Part shown: positions 1 to 8,348 of the stretch, piece by piece | How positions within the stretch are numbered: the first letter of the stretch is position 1 | Layout: every line of letters begins with the position of its first letter | Position numbers and translations under genes: made by a program | The notes under the pieces: generated by a model | What the model was told of the DNA's origin: nothing | What the model saw: the letters and a program-made list of their open reading frames with translations, nothing else | Database searches by the model: none | Source of the DNA: a virus | Lineage: Duplodnaviria > Caudoviricetes | IMG/VR virus record: IMGVR_UViG_3300037484_000944 | Span: 1 to 24,621 of that record | DNA: 24,621 bases | Direction: 5' to 3' (one strand)

Positions 1-11
1 TCATTGGGCCT

Positions 12-40
12 ATTGTGCTACCAGTCGGCCGGAGTGTCAA
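12..40 (-). promoter_or_regulatory. Sigma70-like promoter, probably leaderless
   Basis: Minus strand TTGACA-17 nt-CACAAT, followed 7 nt later by ATG at 4-2. Confidence 0.65.
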
Positions 41-393
41 GCGGGGCGCCAGGTCCACCACCGGATGGCGCCGTCGCCAACTTGGTAGTGGTGCTCCTCG
101 GCGACGAACTGGACAGGTAATACCCTGTAGTCTCTAATGTCGCTGTAGTCCGCCGGACGGACTCGCATGCGCGCGGGTGGCAGGACCCGGATCGTGTCGT
201 ACTGTGGGCGCTCCCCGATTGAGACAACTCCGTCTTCTCTCTCCGGTCCGACCCGCCGCGTGTATTGCGCCTCGCGGTGCGCTTCGCCGAGTCGGTACTG
301 GGCAGCGTCGCGGGCGGCTTGGGCGCGGCGAGCCGCCTGCTGCAGGGTCGCTCGTCGGGCAAAGCGGGCTTTCGATTTGCGGAGTAGGTTCAT
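37..393 (-). CDS. Hypothetical phage protein
   Basis: 118 aa ORF with GGAGG RBS, co-oriented with the left operon. Confidence 0.7.
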   Translation of the reverse strand: MNLLRKSKARFARRATLQQAARRAQAARDAAQYRLGEAHREAQYTRRVGPEREDGVVSIGERPQYDTIRVLPPARMRVRPADYSDIRDYRVLPVQFVAEEHHYQVGDGAIRWWTWRPA

Positions 394-416
394 GGTGTTT
401 CTTCCTCCGAAACTGG

Positions 417-502
417 AGCCACCCAGGGCTTACGCCCACCGACGTCTCGCGTCCCGACATCACGAAGGGCCTGGGGACCTCCGGCCCGGATGGTGGGTGG
501 CT
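417..502 (-). ncRNA. Candidate structured intergenic/leader RNA
   Basis: 9-bp inverted repeat (417-425/494-502) enclosing three short hairpins, including GGGC-GUAA-GCCC. Confidence 0.35.
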
Positions 503-564
503 TCACCGCCCCAAGCCCCCGGGCTCATTCGCGAGCGCGGGGGCGGGACGGGGAAAGAGAAGAA

Positions 565-786
565 TCACTCGCCGGGCGAGGGGCAGCGCCGCTCGATGGC
601 ACGCCTCAGCACGTCGGGCCCGTAGTACCACAGGCCCTTGTACGTCCATCGCCCTGCAGGGTAACGCCCGCGACCGTACTTGGCGACGTAGTACAGATCT
701 GACCCGAGCGCGTGAAGACCGTGGTATCGCGCCAGCGGCGCTCTCTCAAGCAGGCACGACAAGGCAAACAACAGCTTGGACATCAC
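565..786 (-). CDS. Hypothetical protein
   Basis: 73 aa; start overlaps the upstream stop codon. Confidence 0.65.
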   Translation of the reverse strand: MMSKLLFALSCLLERAPLARYHGLHALGSDLYYVAKYGRGRYPAGRWTYKGLWYYGPDVLRRAIERRCPSPGE

Positions 787-1454
787 TTCACCAGCTCCAG
801 AATCGCATCAAGCTTCTCAGCCCTGGCCCGGGCGGCCTTCGCCTTCTCGGGCGCCTTGCCCGTCAGCTGCTGGCGCAGGGACCCAGCGAGCGACTCGAGC
901 AACCCGGAGAGCTCGTACTCGTCCATCGCTTCGCGGGGCGTGACTGGTCGCTCCTCGTAGTCGAGGCGGTCCCACGATCCCTGCCAGAGCGACCACGAGC
1001 CAGAGGCCTCGAGTCGAGACAGCGTCCCGTCTGCCCAGAGCACGAGCTTGTCACCCAAGTAGTGGCCCGAGTTTCCGGTCTCGTCGCGGACACGCTTGAT
1101 CCCGGTGTAGAGCGCGATTCCCTGGCGATCGAAGTGCTCGACGATCTCGACACGGTGGCAGCCGTCGCGGCCGCTGGTGTCGTGGTCCTTCCGGACGACC
1201 CTCGAGCAGACAGCCTTGAGCGCCGGCTTCGCGAGCGTGATGGCCCTCTCGAGTACTGCTGCCTCGGCGCTGCGCTCGGCGTCGATTGCTGACTCGAGCT
1301 CCGCGGACTGCTCGGCCACCTGCGGTGCAAGCTTCTCGATCGTGGCGAGGTCGGGGTGCTCTCGTGCCGCGATTGACTCGACCATCGCGCTCGGGTGCTC
1401 GGAGCAATATTCGGTGACCTGTATTCCGCAATCAGAGCAATGGTGTGTGAACAT
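783..1454 (-). CDS. Hypothetical protein with N-terminal Cys/His motif
   Basis: 223 aa, GAGGAG RBS within repeated leader, HCSDC...CSEH motif. Confidence 0.8.
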   Translation of the reverse strand: MFTHHCSDCGIQVTEYCSEHPSAMVESIAAREHPDLATIEKLAPQVAEQSAELESAIDAERSAEAAVLERAITLAKPALKAVCSRVVRKDHDTSGRDGCHRVEIVEHFDRQGIALYTGIKRVRDETGNSGHYLGDKLVLWADGTLSRLEASGSWSLWQGSWDRLDYEERPVTPREAMDEYELSGLLESLAGSLRQQLTGKAPEKAKAARARAEKLDAILELVK

Positions 1455-1545
1455 GGTGACTCTCCTCGAGTTTCGGCCCGGTCCTCCCGGGTCGGCTGAA
1501 TCCCAGCGCTCAGCCCCCAGTGAGGGGCTGGCCGCCGGGCGTCAG
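1452..1545 (-). repeat. Repeated intergenic leader element, copy 1
   Basis: Near-identical to 2423-2517; hairpins followed by GAGGAG and ATG. Confidence 0.9.
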
Positions 1546-1724
1546 TACTGAGCTGAGCGCTGTGCTGCCCTGGCATCAGCACGGGTGGCATAGGGTCCGA
1601 GCACGCGAGCCTGGGTCGGTCCGACGAACCATCTCTGCGACCAGGCGTGCGCGGCTCGCTCAGCCTGGTGCCTGAGACGCATTGGCTGCGGCAGAGCAGG
1701 TGCCGGCTCGTCACGTGCTGGCAT
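1542..1724 (-). CDS. Hypothetical protein
   Basis: 60 aa ORF fills the gap in the operon. Confidence 0.5.
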   Translation of the reverse strand: MPARDEPAPALPQPMRLRHQAERAAHAWSQRWFVGPTQARVLGPYATRADARAAQRSAQY

Positions 1725-1733
1725 GTGTCTGTC

Positions 1734-1979
1734 CTATGGTAGCGGGGAAGGTGGCCCCGCGAGTCCCAGCACGCGATGTCGCTGCACTACTGCAGAATTC
1801 GCCAGCCAATACGGGTCGTGCTCAGACCCGTCCGACGTCCAGTCCCAGGTGATCCGGTCAGCAACCACTACCCGATCCCTCTCGCTGGCTATCGTGGCGA
1901 GCGACGGCGCGCCCACCCACCCGGCAGACTCGGAGATGTGATCTGGATGTAGAGAATCGAACTGTGGAGCATAGCGCAT
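1734..1979 (-). CDS. Hypothetical protein
   Basis: 81 aa, co-oriented. Confidence 0.6.
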   Translation of the reverse strand: MRYAPQFDSLHPDHISESAGWVGAPSLATIASERDRVVVADRITWDWTSDGSEHDPYWLANSAVVQRHRVLGLAGPPSPLP

Positions 1980-1999
1980 GATGTTATGACTTACTCGCC

Positions 2000-2022
2000 G
2001 AGGGGCCCCGCGAGGCCCCAGG
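2000..2022. repeat. 23-nt intergenic hairpin repeat, copy 1
   Basis: GAGGGGCCCCGCGAGGCCCCAGG, identical at 2799-2821. Confidence 0.85.
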
Positions 2023-2050
2023 TGTGTGCCATGTCGTTGATCCGCCTAAC

Positions 2051-2425
2051 TCAGACGAGCTCGACCCTCCACGTGCGGCCAGACGAGTCGGTCCCGATGT
2101 ATACGCCGTCATCGTAGGAATCAGTGCACTCGGACTCGAGTGCTGCTGCCAGCGCCGCTGAGTATTCGTCCGTGTAGGTCTCGCCGGTGGCGGCTGAGCA
2201 CGCGATCAGGTAGGCGGCGCGCGAGCGAGCGGCCTGACTCTCCTCGACGCTCGGGAGCACGGGGACCGTCAGCTCGACCTCGTCTCGGTCGTCGTCTGTC
2301 CACCGGGGGCGGAGGTCCCAGCCGGCGGCCTCGGGATGCTCAGCGACGTACTGGTCGGCAGCTGCCTGGAGGCAGTCGTCGGAATCGGGGTCAGCGGGTA
2401 CGGTGATCGTGATTTGATTCGACAT
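2051..2425 (-). CDS. Acidic hypothetical protein
   Basis: 124 aa, GAGGAG RBS within repeated leader. Confidence 0.8.
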   Translation of the reverse strand: MSNQITITVPADPDSDDCLQAAADQYVAEHPEAAGWDLRPRWTDDDRDEVELTVPVLPSVEESQAARSRAAYLIACSAATGETYTDEYSAALAAALESECTDSYDDGVYIGTDSSGRTWRVELV

Positions 2426-2517
2426 GGTGACTCTCCTCGAGTTTGCGGCCCAGTCCTCCCGGGCTGGCTGAATCCCAGCGCTCAGCCCCCCGCGAGGGGC
2501 TGGCCGGCGTGCGTCAG
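2423..2517 (-). repeat. Repeated intergenic leader element, copy 2
   Basis: Near-identical to 1452-1545; a partial third copy lies at 2734-2757. Confidence 0.9.
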
Positions 2518-2520
2518 GCG

Positions 2521-2736
2521 TCAGAGTACAACCCGATAATTTGCTTCAGCCGGCGCGGCAATCGGACCGCGGCGGCTGTCTGTCGGGTGATTCTGGACGA
2601 GCTCTCCGGACTCGTCGAGCCAAACGGAGTGGTGGTCGAACCACTCTCCGGTGGTGTCGCGCTGCGCGTACTCTGCGCGGGCTTCGGGGTGCTCAGTGAG
2701 ATAGATCTGGACCTGAGATGCGGCTGTGAATTTCAT
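2521..2736 (-). CDS. Hypothetical protein
   Basis: 71 aa, same RBS block (GAAACTCGAGGAGAGT) as the repeats. Confidence 0.75.
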   Translation of the reverse strand: MKFTAASQVQIYLTEHPEARAEYAQRDTTGEWFDHHSVWLDESGELVQNHPTDSRRGPIAAPAEANYRVVL

Positions 2737-2798
2737 GATACTCTCCTCGAGTTTCGGTGGCGCTCCTAGCGTCCCGTCAGGCAGATGCGGCGCTGAGT

Positions 2799-2821
2799 GA
2801 GGGGCCCCGCGAGGCCCCAGG
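2799..2821. repeat. 23-nt intergenic hairpin repeat, copy 2
   Basis: Identical to 2000-2022. Confidence 0.85.
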
Positions 2822-2833
2822 CTCAGGGTCGGA

Positions 2834-3085
2834 TCAGATCGAGTATTCCTCCCGCGTGTGGTACCGATCGTTGCGGACCTCGTACACCGACTCGGCGAAC
2901 TCGTCAGCCGTGTAACCGCGCATCGCGCGAACTGGCAGCTCGCCGATCATCTGTCTCCACGCCTGATGGGTCTCGCCCCATCCGCCTACGGGGAGTCCGT
3001 CGAGGAGGTTGGCGGCGATTCGGAGCGAGCGCGACTGCCCGCTACGGAGGAGGTAGAGGGCTTTTTTTAGGGTCTGTTGTGCCAT
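2834..3085 (-). CDS. Hypothetical protein
   Basis: 83 aa, AAAGGA RBS, first gene after the promoter. Confidence 0.75.
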   Translation of the reverse strand: MAQQTLKKALYLLRSGQSRSLRIAANLLDGLPVGGWGETHQAWRQMIGELPVRAMRGYTADEFAESVYEVRNDRYHTREEYSI

Positions 3086-3141
3086 GGATCGTGTCCTTTC
3101 TTGGGGCCACGTGGGCCCCGTTTTCCGTGACTGATAGATAG

Positions 3142-3170
3142 AGTATGTACGGACATAGCCATCGGGTCAA
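3142..3170 (-). promoter_or_regulatory. Sigma70-like promoter driving the accessory gene cluster
   Basis: TTGACC-17 nt-CATACT with an upstream A-tract (3185-3191). Confidence 0.7.
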
Positions 3171-3391
3171 GTGCCCGACGTCGCTTTTTTTCGACCCCTG
3201 TCGCTTTTCCTCGATCCAGCACGTTTCACGCTCCGACCCGCGGCCCGGAGTAACAGGTCCCTGGCCCAGCTGCCGAGGTAGGCCGCGCCGTCTGCTGCTG
3301 CACCTGCCTCGAGCTGAGCGAGCTCCTCCGCGGACAGGCGGAGCTCGAGGCGAAGGGTTCGGTCGTGGGCATCATTGGGGCGGCGGGGCAT
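3167..3391 (-). CDS. Probable ribbon-helix-helix DNA-binding protein
   Basis: Restarted at MPRRPN; LRLELRLSAEELAQLEAGAAA...LGSWARDLLL resembles an RHH/MobC-like pattern. Confidence 0.55.
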   Translation of the reverse strand: MPRRPNDAHDRTLRLELRLSAEELAQLEAGAAADGAAYLGSWARDLLLRAAGRSVKRAGSRKSDRGRKKATSGT

Positions 3392-3881
3392 CGTCGGATC
3401 CTTCCTCGGATGCTGGCCGCGCGCTAGGAAACAGCGTCTCCACGCTGCCAGACCATCGGCGCTCGGCCTCGGCGCGAGCAGCGTCGCGTCTCGCGCTGTT
3501 GGTGAGCCGATCGAAGAACACGTCTCCTGTCGATTGCAGACCACCGACCACGATCCAGCACAGCTGACGTCGGGCCTCGTCCCGCTCCTTGATTGCCGCG
3601 TCCCTCTCATCCATGAGCCGAGGCAGCTCGACGCGAGCCAACCGCCAGTTGCCGTCAAGTACTCTACTGATGGTGACCGCTGACTCGACGGCCTTCTTCT
3701 CGAGTTGCGCGATCCGATCCTCCAGATCTTTGATGATCGCGACGGCCTGATCCCGGTCGCAGTGGTCGCCGGGCGCGTCCAGTGTGCCGGGCACGCGATT
3801 GTCTCGCCAGCACCCCTCACACCCGCAGTCAACCGGTGGAAAGTTGTAGGTCTTCAGTTCGTTGGATCGACTCACGGACAC
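3372..3881 (-). CDS. Hypothetical coiled-coil protein
   Basis: 169 aa, CGCEGC motif and heptad pattern. Confidence 0.7.
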   Translation of the reverse strand: MSVSRSNELKTYNFPPVDCGCEGCWRDNRVPGTLDAPGDHCDRDQAVAIIKDLEDRIAQLEKKAVESAVTISRVLDGNWRLARVELPRLMDERDAAIKERDEARRQLCWIVVGGLQSTGDVFFDRLTNSARRDAARAEAERRWSGSVETLFPSARPASEEGSDDAPPPQ

Positions 3882-4195
3882 GGGCGGCCTCCATCTACAC
3901 GTTCAAGTGTGGTCTCAAGTCTATTGACTTGGCGATTCAAGTCGACCACTACAGATTCAGATCGGTCAAGCTTGGTCTCAAGCTGCGCGATCCGCGCGAG
4001 TGCATCGTCCCGCTCCCGCTCGATCCGCTGAACGACATCGCACTGCGCCGAACGCTCTTCATCCACTTCGCTGAGCTGGCCGATTGCATCGGTTAGCTTC
4101 GTCTCCAGTTCCACGATCCTTGCGTCGCGAGCAGCGATGATCTCGTCGGCCTCAGCCAGGGAGCAGACCAGCGGGGTCTTGGTGCCTTGAGTCAT
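3872..4195 (-). CDS. Coiled-coil hypothetical protein
   Basis: 107 aa with recurring ARIxxLETKL. Confidence 0.75.
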   Translation of the reverse strand: MTQGTKTPLVCSLAEADEIIAARDARIVELETKLTDAIGQLSEVDEERSAQCDVVQRIERERDDALARIAQLETKLDRSESVVVDLNRQVNRLETTLERVDGGRPCP

Positions 4196-4335
4196 CAGTT
4201 CATCGCCTTTCTGGCGAGAACCAGTAGGAGTCTGTCGAGTTTCCTGCGCACCACCATGGGCAGCATTCCGCGGTCGCGTTGCCGAATGAGTTCTGCCAGA
4301 ATCTCGTAGAGCATTCGCTTGGGCCGCGGGTTCAC
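4195..4335 (-). CDS. Small hypothetical protein (46 aa, below the ORF-track cutoff)
   Basis: GTG start overlaps the upstream stop; its stop overlaps the next ATG. Confidence 0.55.
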   Translation of the reverse strand: MNPRPKRMLYEILAELIRQRDRGMLPMVVRRKLDRLLLVLARKAMN

Positions 4336-5108
4336 GACTCCACCTCGATTCCGAGCGCGCGAAGTGTGACTGAGCTCACGTACACGCCAATGCCTGCAGC
4401 AGTCTTCACTGCTCCAGCTACCTGCTTCACCTGCTCCGAGCTGAGCACGACGTCGCCGTCGCGGATCTCGACCATGCGCACGGCCTCGCCGCCAAAGTCG
4501 GCGACGTGGCTCTCAATGTAGTCTCTGCCGCCGACTCCTTGGGGGTATCGGTTGACGTACCTGACCCAGATCTCCCTCCGCTCCGGTGTTGGCTGCCCGA
4601 GCGGGTGCCCCGGCGGCCTCACGATGTCCGCAGCGTCTCGGGCGCACACGGCGTCAAGCTTCTCTGCTTCAACGCATCGAACACATTTCGTCGGACCTCC
4701 GGCGACAAGACATCCGCATACTCGGCACACCCGAATCGTTCCGAATGGTGGGGCGTATGCAGAGTCATCGTCGGTCGGACGCCATTGCCAACCTGACTCG
4801 TGGACGTCAGCAGGGACGGAGCCGGGTCCGTCCTTGACCGTGGCCGCCGACTCTTCGAGTTTTCTGCGACAGTCGTGGGTTGGCCCGATGGGTTGGTCAC
4901 GAGACCCCAGGGCGGCGACGCGAGTCCTCAGTCCTTCGAAGTCAGCAGCCAGGGACGCGACGCGGTCGGATGTGTCCAGTGCCCGGATGCGGGAAGCGAT
5001 GTCCCGGAGCAGGGAGCAGTCATTCTGTTGATACTGGCCAGGCCTTACTAGAGCCTGCATCGCCAGAACTTTCAGAGCCTCGAGTTCGAGCATCGTCGCG
5101 TCATTCAT
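4332..5108 (-). CDS. Hypothetical protein with Zn-finger-like motif
   Basis: 258 aa, CRVCGC...CVRC motif, AGGAG RBS. Confidence 0.75.
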   Translation of the reverse strand: MNDATMLELEALKVLAMQALVRPGQYQQNDCSLLRDIASRIRALDTSDRVASLAADFEGLRTRVAALGSRDQPIGPTHDCRRKLEESAATVKDGPGSVPADVHESGWQWRPTDDDSAYAPPFGTIRVCRVCGCLVAGGPTKCVRCVEAEKLDAVCARDAADIVRPPGHPLGQPTPERREIWVRYVNRYPQGVGGRDYIESHVADFGGEAVRMVEIRDGDVVLSSEQVKQVAGAVKTAAGIGVYVSSVTLRALGIEVES

Positions 5109-5290
5109 GCTGTACTCCTGTGGTCATGACCACGAGCAGAGCTGTCAACGGGCACGGTCGAGGGGGAGGACGCCCGGTGCTCTCGCTGATAGCTCTGCGC
5201 GCAGGTCATGGCCCATGCGCTCCCCCGCAGAGGCAGAGCACCAAGCACAGCCGGAGAGGCAGACTGGAGGCTCAGGTGCTCTGGTTCCAC
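5105..5290 (-). CDS. Possible small hypothetical protein
   Basis: Stop overlaps the next ATG; reading frame is uncertain. Confidence 0.3.
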   Translation of the reverse strand: MEPEHLSLQSASPAVLGALPLRGSAWAMTCAQSYQREHRASSPSTVPVDSSARGHDHRSTA

Positions 5291-5314
5291 GGGGGAGGGT
5301 CATGGGGGGTGGGG

Positions 5315-5857
5315 TTACAGAGGAATGTCGTCGTCTAGCTCGTTGGCGCCGTAGTCGAACGAGTCATCGTCAAAGGCGCGGCTGGCCTGTAGCTTGGTGG
5401 CTTGTTTCGGTGCCTGGCGTGGCGCCTGGTTTTTTCTGCTGGATTTCCAGGCCAACAGGTCACCCTTCAGCGACCGGTCCAGTGTCAGCACGTCGGCTTG
5501 CGAGAGCTCTTCTTTGAGCGCTAGCCCTCCGATTCTGTTCACCCAGCGGACACGCTCCCGCAGCATGCCCTCCTGGTCCTCCTCGTGAGCCACGACAATC
5601 GCACATTCGCACGACCCGAGACCGGACATATCGGCGAGCGCTTCCCCGCTCCACCCTGCCGCCTCGAGGCTCTCGAACGTCCGGTCCTTGGTCTTGTCGG
5701 TGAAGTATCCATACCAGGTTAGCCGGCGCCCCTTGGCTGGCCCGTCCTGCGTGATCTCGAAGCGGACCGCGACCTGGTCCTTGCCGCCGCTGGTACGGCC
5801 GAATGCGTGCTCGACTGCTCGAGCCGTGTAGGTGCCTTGTTCGGTGAGAAGAGCCAT
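5315..5857 (-). CDS. Phage single-stranded DNA-binding protein (DUF669-like)
   Basis: Start MALLTEQGTY after AAGGA; acidic tail ending DDDIPL; directly follows the AAA ATPase. Confidence 0.75.
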   Translation of the reverse strand: MALLTEQGTYTARAVEHAFGRTSGGKDQVAVRFEITQDGPAKGRRLTWYGYFTDKTKDRTFESLEAAGWSGEALADMSGLGSCECAIVVAHEEDQEGMLRERVRWVNRIGGLALKEELSQADVLTLDRSLKGDLLAWKSSRKNQAPRQAPKQATKLQASRAFDDDSFDYGANELDDDIPL

Positions 5858-5886
5858 GTCTGTTTTCCTTTCGTGTTGCGTGAGTC

Positions 5887-7497
5887 CTATGCGGCCGCGC
5901 GCGTCTTGGCGCGCAGCCTGTCGGCAATCTTGGCTAGCTGCTTGGTGTTGTCGCCAGCCTTTTCGATCATGGCCGTTGCCTTGACTTTGGTCTCGTCGTC
6001 GAGCTTCGCTACGAGCTCGGCGCATTCTTCGAGCAGCGCCTTTGCGGATGAAGGCCGCGCGTTCTTCACTGCTGCCGCGAATTCCTCCCACGAAAGGGGC
6101 AGCTCCTCGGGGAGCGAGTAGCGATTCCCCGCGTCCCACGCCGGACGGTGCTCGGTGTGCAGTACCCGAGACCCTGTTCCGACACCACGGATGCGACCGC
6201 TCGAGTCCTTCGAAGTCAGGGTTTCATAGTTGGCGAACAGGACCGCAGAGGGCCACTCCTTGAGCAGAGCGGCGGCTTTTCCGTGGACTTTCAGCTCGTA
6301 CCGGTCGAAGTCGTCCCCGGCTGGATTGCGGAACGTCTTGACCTGGGAGTGAGCGATGACGACGACGTTCATTTGCCGCTTGGCTCGAATCTCATCTAGC
6401 CGTTGGAGTAGGTCGCGCCAGACCGTGAGAGCATCACCGAATCCTTTGCCATAGCCGAAATCTTCGATCGACTTCTTGCCTCCGCGCTTGCAGACGTCGT
6501 CCCAGATAAGGGGCTCGATCCAGTCTGCGGTATCGACGACCACAGTCTTGAACTCGTGGTCCCCAGAGAGCAGAGTTTGCAGCGCCTCGAGCACGTCGTC
6601 CCACGACTGCGGGACGGGGAACCTGTCAACGTCAAGGTGGTTGGTCCCCTCGGGCTCACTGATGTAGATCGGGTTGGGTGCGTCTGCCGCGAACGAGGAC
6701 TTGCCGACCTTCTCTGGACCGTACAGGACGCAGCAGATCGGGGCGGCTACGACACCTTTCGTGATGGATGCAATCGTCATACGTGACATGGTTGTGTTCT
6801 CCTTTTTTGAGTCTTGTCTGGGAGCGACCCGCCCTCGCTGGAGCTCCGGGCAGACGTTGCGCGCTGGACACCACAGTCTTCCGCAGTGCTCGCCGACGCG
6901 GGGTTTGTTGTCGCGTTGCATGATGCGGATTAGGCGGTCTCGGACGCGAACAAGTTCGTGGATCCCGAGCAGCGACTGCCGTGGTGTCACCCGCTTATCC
7001 CCCAGGTACTGGTACGTCACAGTCGCGTTGCGACAACCCATCGCCTTGCACGCGCAGTACGCCGCGAACCCGAGCTGGAGAGACTCCGATGGATCGCCAG
7101 CGCTCGTCTTGCCGGACTTCCAGTCGTTCACGTGCACATAGTCGTCGGTCACGATGACGAGGTCCGCCGTTCCAACGATGGAACCTTCCGGTGCTTGCGA
7201 GTAGTCACGGTGTCCGCCTGTGATCGGCAGAGCGATGACGTTCGCGGATTCATCGAATGAGAAGGCCTGCTCGATGAGATAGTCTCCCTCGGGCAAGGCA
7301 CGCTCGCAATGCTTTCGCCAGGTCTCGAACCACGACTCATCACACTCGACGGGGTCTCCCCGGAGATAGGTCTCGATGAGCTTGTGACGGCGAGTCCCCT
7401 CAATCCCGGCTGGACCTGACTCGTCTTCCCAGTCTAGCGTTAGCCAGTACTTGCACTGATCGGCAAGCTGAAGCTTCGATGCTGAGAGCTGATGCAT
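5887..7497 (-). CDS. Fusion of PD-(D/E)XK (Cas4/RecB-like) nuclease and AAA_24/Sak4-like ATPase
   Basis: N-half: LSASKL..C, GTADL...DWKSG, CGRLWCPARNVC. C-half: Walker A GPEKVGKS, Walker B VVVD, IAHSQ. Internal RBS and ATG at 6789. Confidence 0.85.
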   Translation of the reverse strand: MHQLSASKLQLADQCKYWLTLDWEDESGPAGIEGTRRHKLIETYLRGDPVECDESWFETWRKHCERALPEGDYLIEQAFSFDESANVIALPITGGHRDYSQAPEGSIVGTADLVIVTDDYVHVNDWKSGKTSAGDPSESLQLGFAAYCACKAMGCRNATVTYQYLGDKRVTPRQSLLGIHELVRVRDRLIRIMQRDNKPRVGEHCGRLWCPARNVCPELQRGRVAPRQDSKKENTTMSRMTIASITKGVVAAPICCVLYGPEKVGKSSFAADAPNPIYISEPEGTNHLDVDRFPVPQSWDDVLEALQTLLSGDHEFKTVVVDTADWIEPLIWDDVCKRGGKKSIEDFGYGKGFGDALTVWRDLLQRLDEIRAKRQMNVVVIAHSQVKTFRNPAGDDFDRYELKVHGKAAALLKEWPSAVLFANYETLTSKDSSGRIRGVGTGSRVLHTEHRPAWDAGNRYSLPEELPLSWEEFAAAVKNARPSSAKALLEECAELVAKLDDETKVKATAMIEKAGDNTKQLAKIADRLRAKTRAAA

Positions 7498-7739
7498 TAT
7501 CTCCCCCGGTGCTCAAACTGAAACAGCAGCTTCTCGGCCTCGCGACTGATGGGAGCGATCGCGGAACTCCGACGATCCGGAACCGTCGACGACAGCAGGG
7601 TTGGCCAGCTGCTAGATCTGACGCCGGAGTCGGTGTTTTGCTCAAGCAGCCTGCCTGCCCACGGGCAGCCCGGGAGCGTGACGCTGCATCTCAGAGACCA
7701 GTTGCGGGCACGCTGGGCCCAGGTGAGTTGATCGGTCAC
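7497..7739 (-). CDS. Hypothetical protein
   Basis: 80 aa, coupled at both ends. Confidence 0.55.
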   Translation of the reverse strand: MTDQLTWAQRARNWSLRCSVTLPGCPWAGRLLEQNTDSGVRSSSWPTLLSSTVPDRRSSAIAPISREAEKLLFQFEHRGR

Positions 7740-7957
7740 TTGTCGGCTCCAGGATCGACTGAGCTGTTACGCGGCCACTGCGTGCTCAGGATGCTCGACC
7801 GCTTGATCGACTGGAGCTTCGTGAGACCAGCCTGCGCCCGAGCGACGTCCAGTGGCGCGGACCACACGAAGTGGTACAGGCTCTTTCCCTGCCGCTTGGC
7901 CTCGACTTCGAGCTCAGCGTGCTCGGCATCGGTGTACTGGAGCGTGATGGTCGGCAT
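7736..7957 (-). CDS. Probable ribbon-helix-helix protein
   Basis: Restarted at MPTITLQYTDAEHAELEVEAKRQGKSLYHFV. Confidence 0.6.
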   Translation of the reverse strand: MPTITLQYTDAEHAELEVEAKRQGKSLYHFVWSAPLDVARAQAGLTKLQSIKRSSILSTQWPRNSSVDPGADK

Positions 7958-8115
7958 CAGCAGGACTCCGTAGCTGGCGTCATGGCCAGCGTCTCGAGCA
8001 TGGCGTGATGGAGCGTGTCCGCGTCCAGGCCGCCGAGCATCGCGAGAGAGATGCGCGCCCACCAGTAGCGGGAGCAGTGGGGACATGGGGCGATGTGCAG
8101 GTGGACGATGCTCAT
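7957..8115 (-). CDS. Small hypothetical protein (52 aa)
   Basis: MSIVHLHIAPCPHC...; TGATG overlaps at both ends. Confidence 0.5.
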   Translation of the reverse strand: MSIVHLHIAPCPHCSRYWWARISLAMLGGLDADTLHHAMLETLAMTPATESC

Positions 8116-8348
8116 CAGGATGCCTCCCTGTCCAGCTCGTAGTTCGTGACAGCCTGTTCTGATGGCTCCTCGGCGAGCCTATCGATCATCCTGTCGATCG
8201 AGTCGCGGAGCTGAACAGCTTGCGCCAACGTGCAGAAGACCCTCAGGTCGTCGTCCAGATCGAGCACGCCGCCGTCGACCGGGTCCACCCAAGCCTCTGG
8301 CTCCTGCCTCGGGTCGAGCGTGACTTGGAGACCGCCTGGGATCAGCAC
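8115..8348 (-). CDS. Hypothetical protein
   Basis: 77 aa, GGAGG RBS. Confidence 0.7.
   Translation of the reverse strand: MLIPGGLQVTLDPRQEPEAWVDPVDGGVLDLDDDLRVFCTLAQAVQLRDSIDRMIDRLAEEPSEQAVTNYELDREAS

Noticed and set aside
177-1292. Long antisense or alternative-frame ORFs (e.g. 177-1292, 12370-13251, 9825-10178)
   Set aside because: Arg/Pro/Gly-rich shadows of better-supported genes, expected in high-GC DNA
1452-1545. Hammerhead ribozyme (CUGA...GAAAC)
   Set aside because: The core reads CUGAGCG rather than CUGANGA, copy 2 has GCAAAC, and the stems do not fit the topology
6790-7497. Cas4 as part of a CRISPR system
   Set aside because: Context is a phage recombination module (ATPase plus SSB); there is no cas1/cas2
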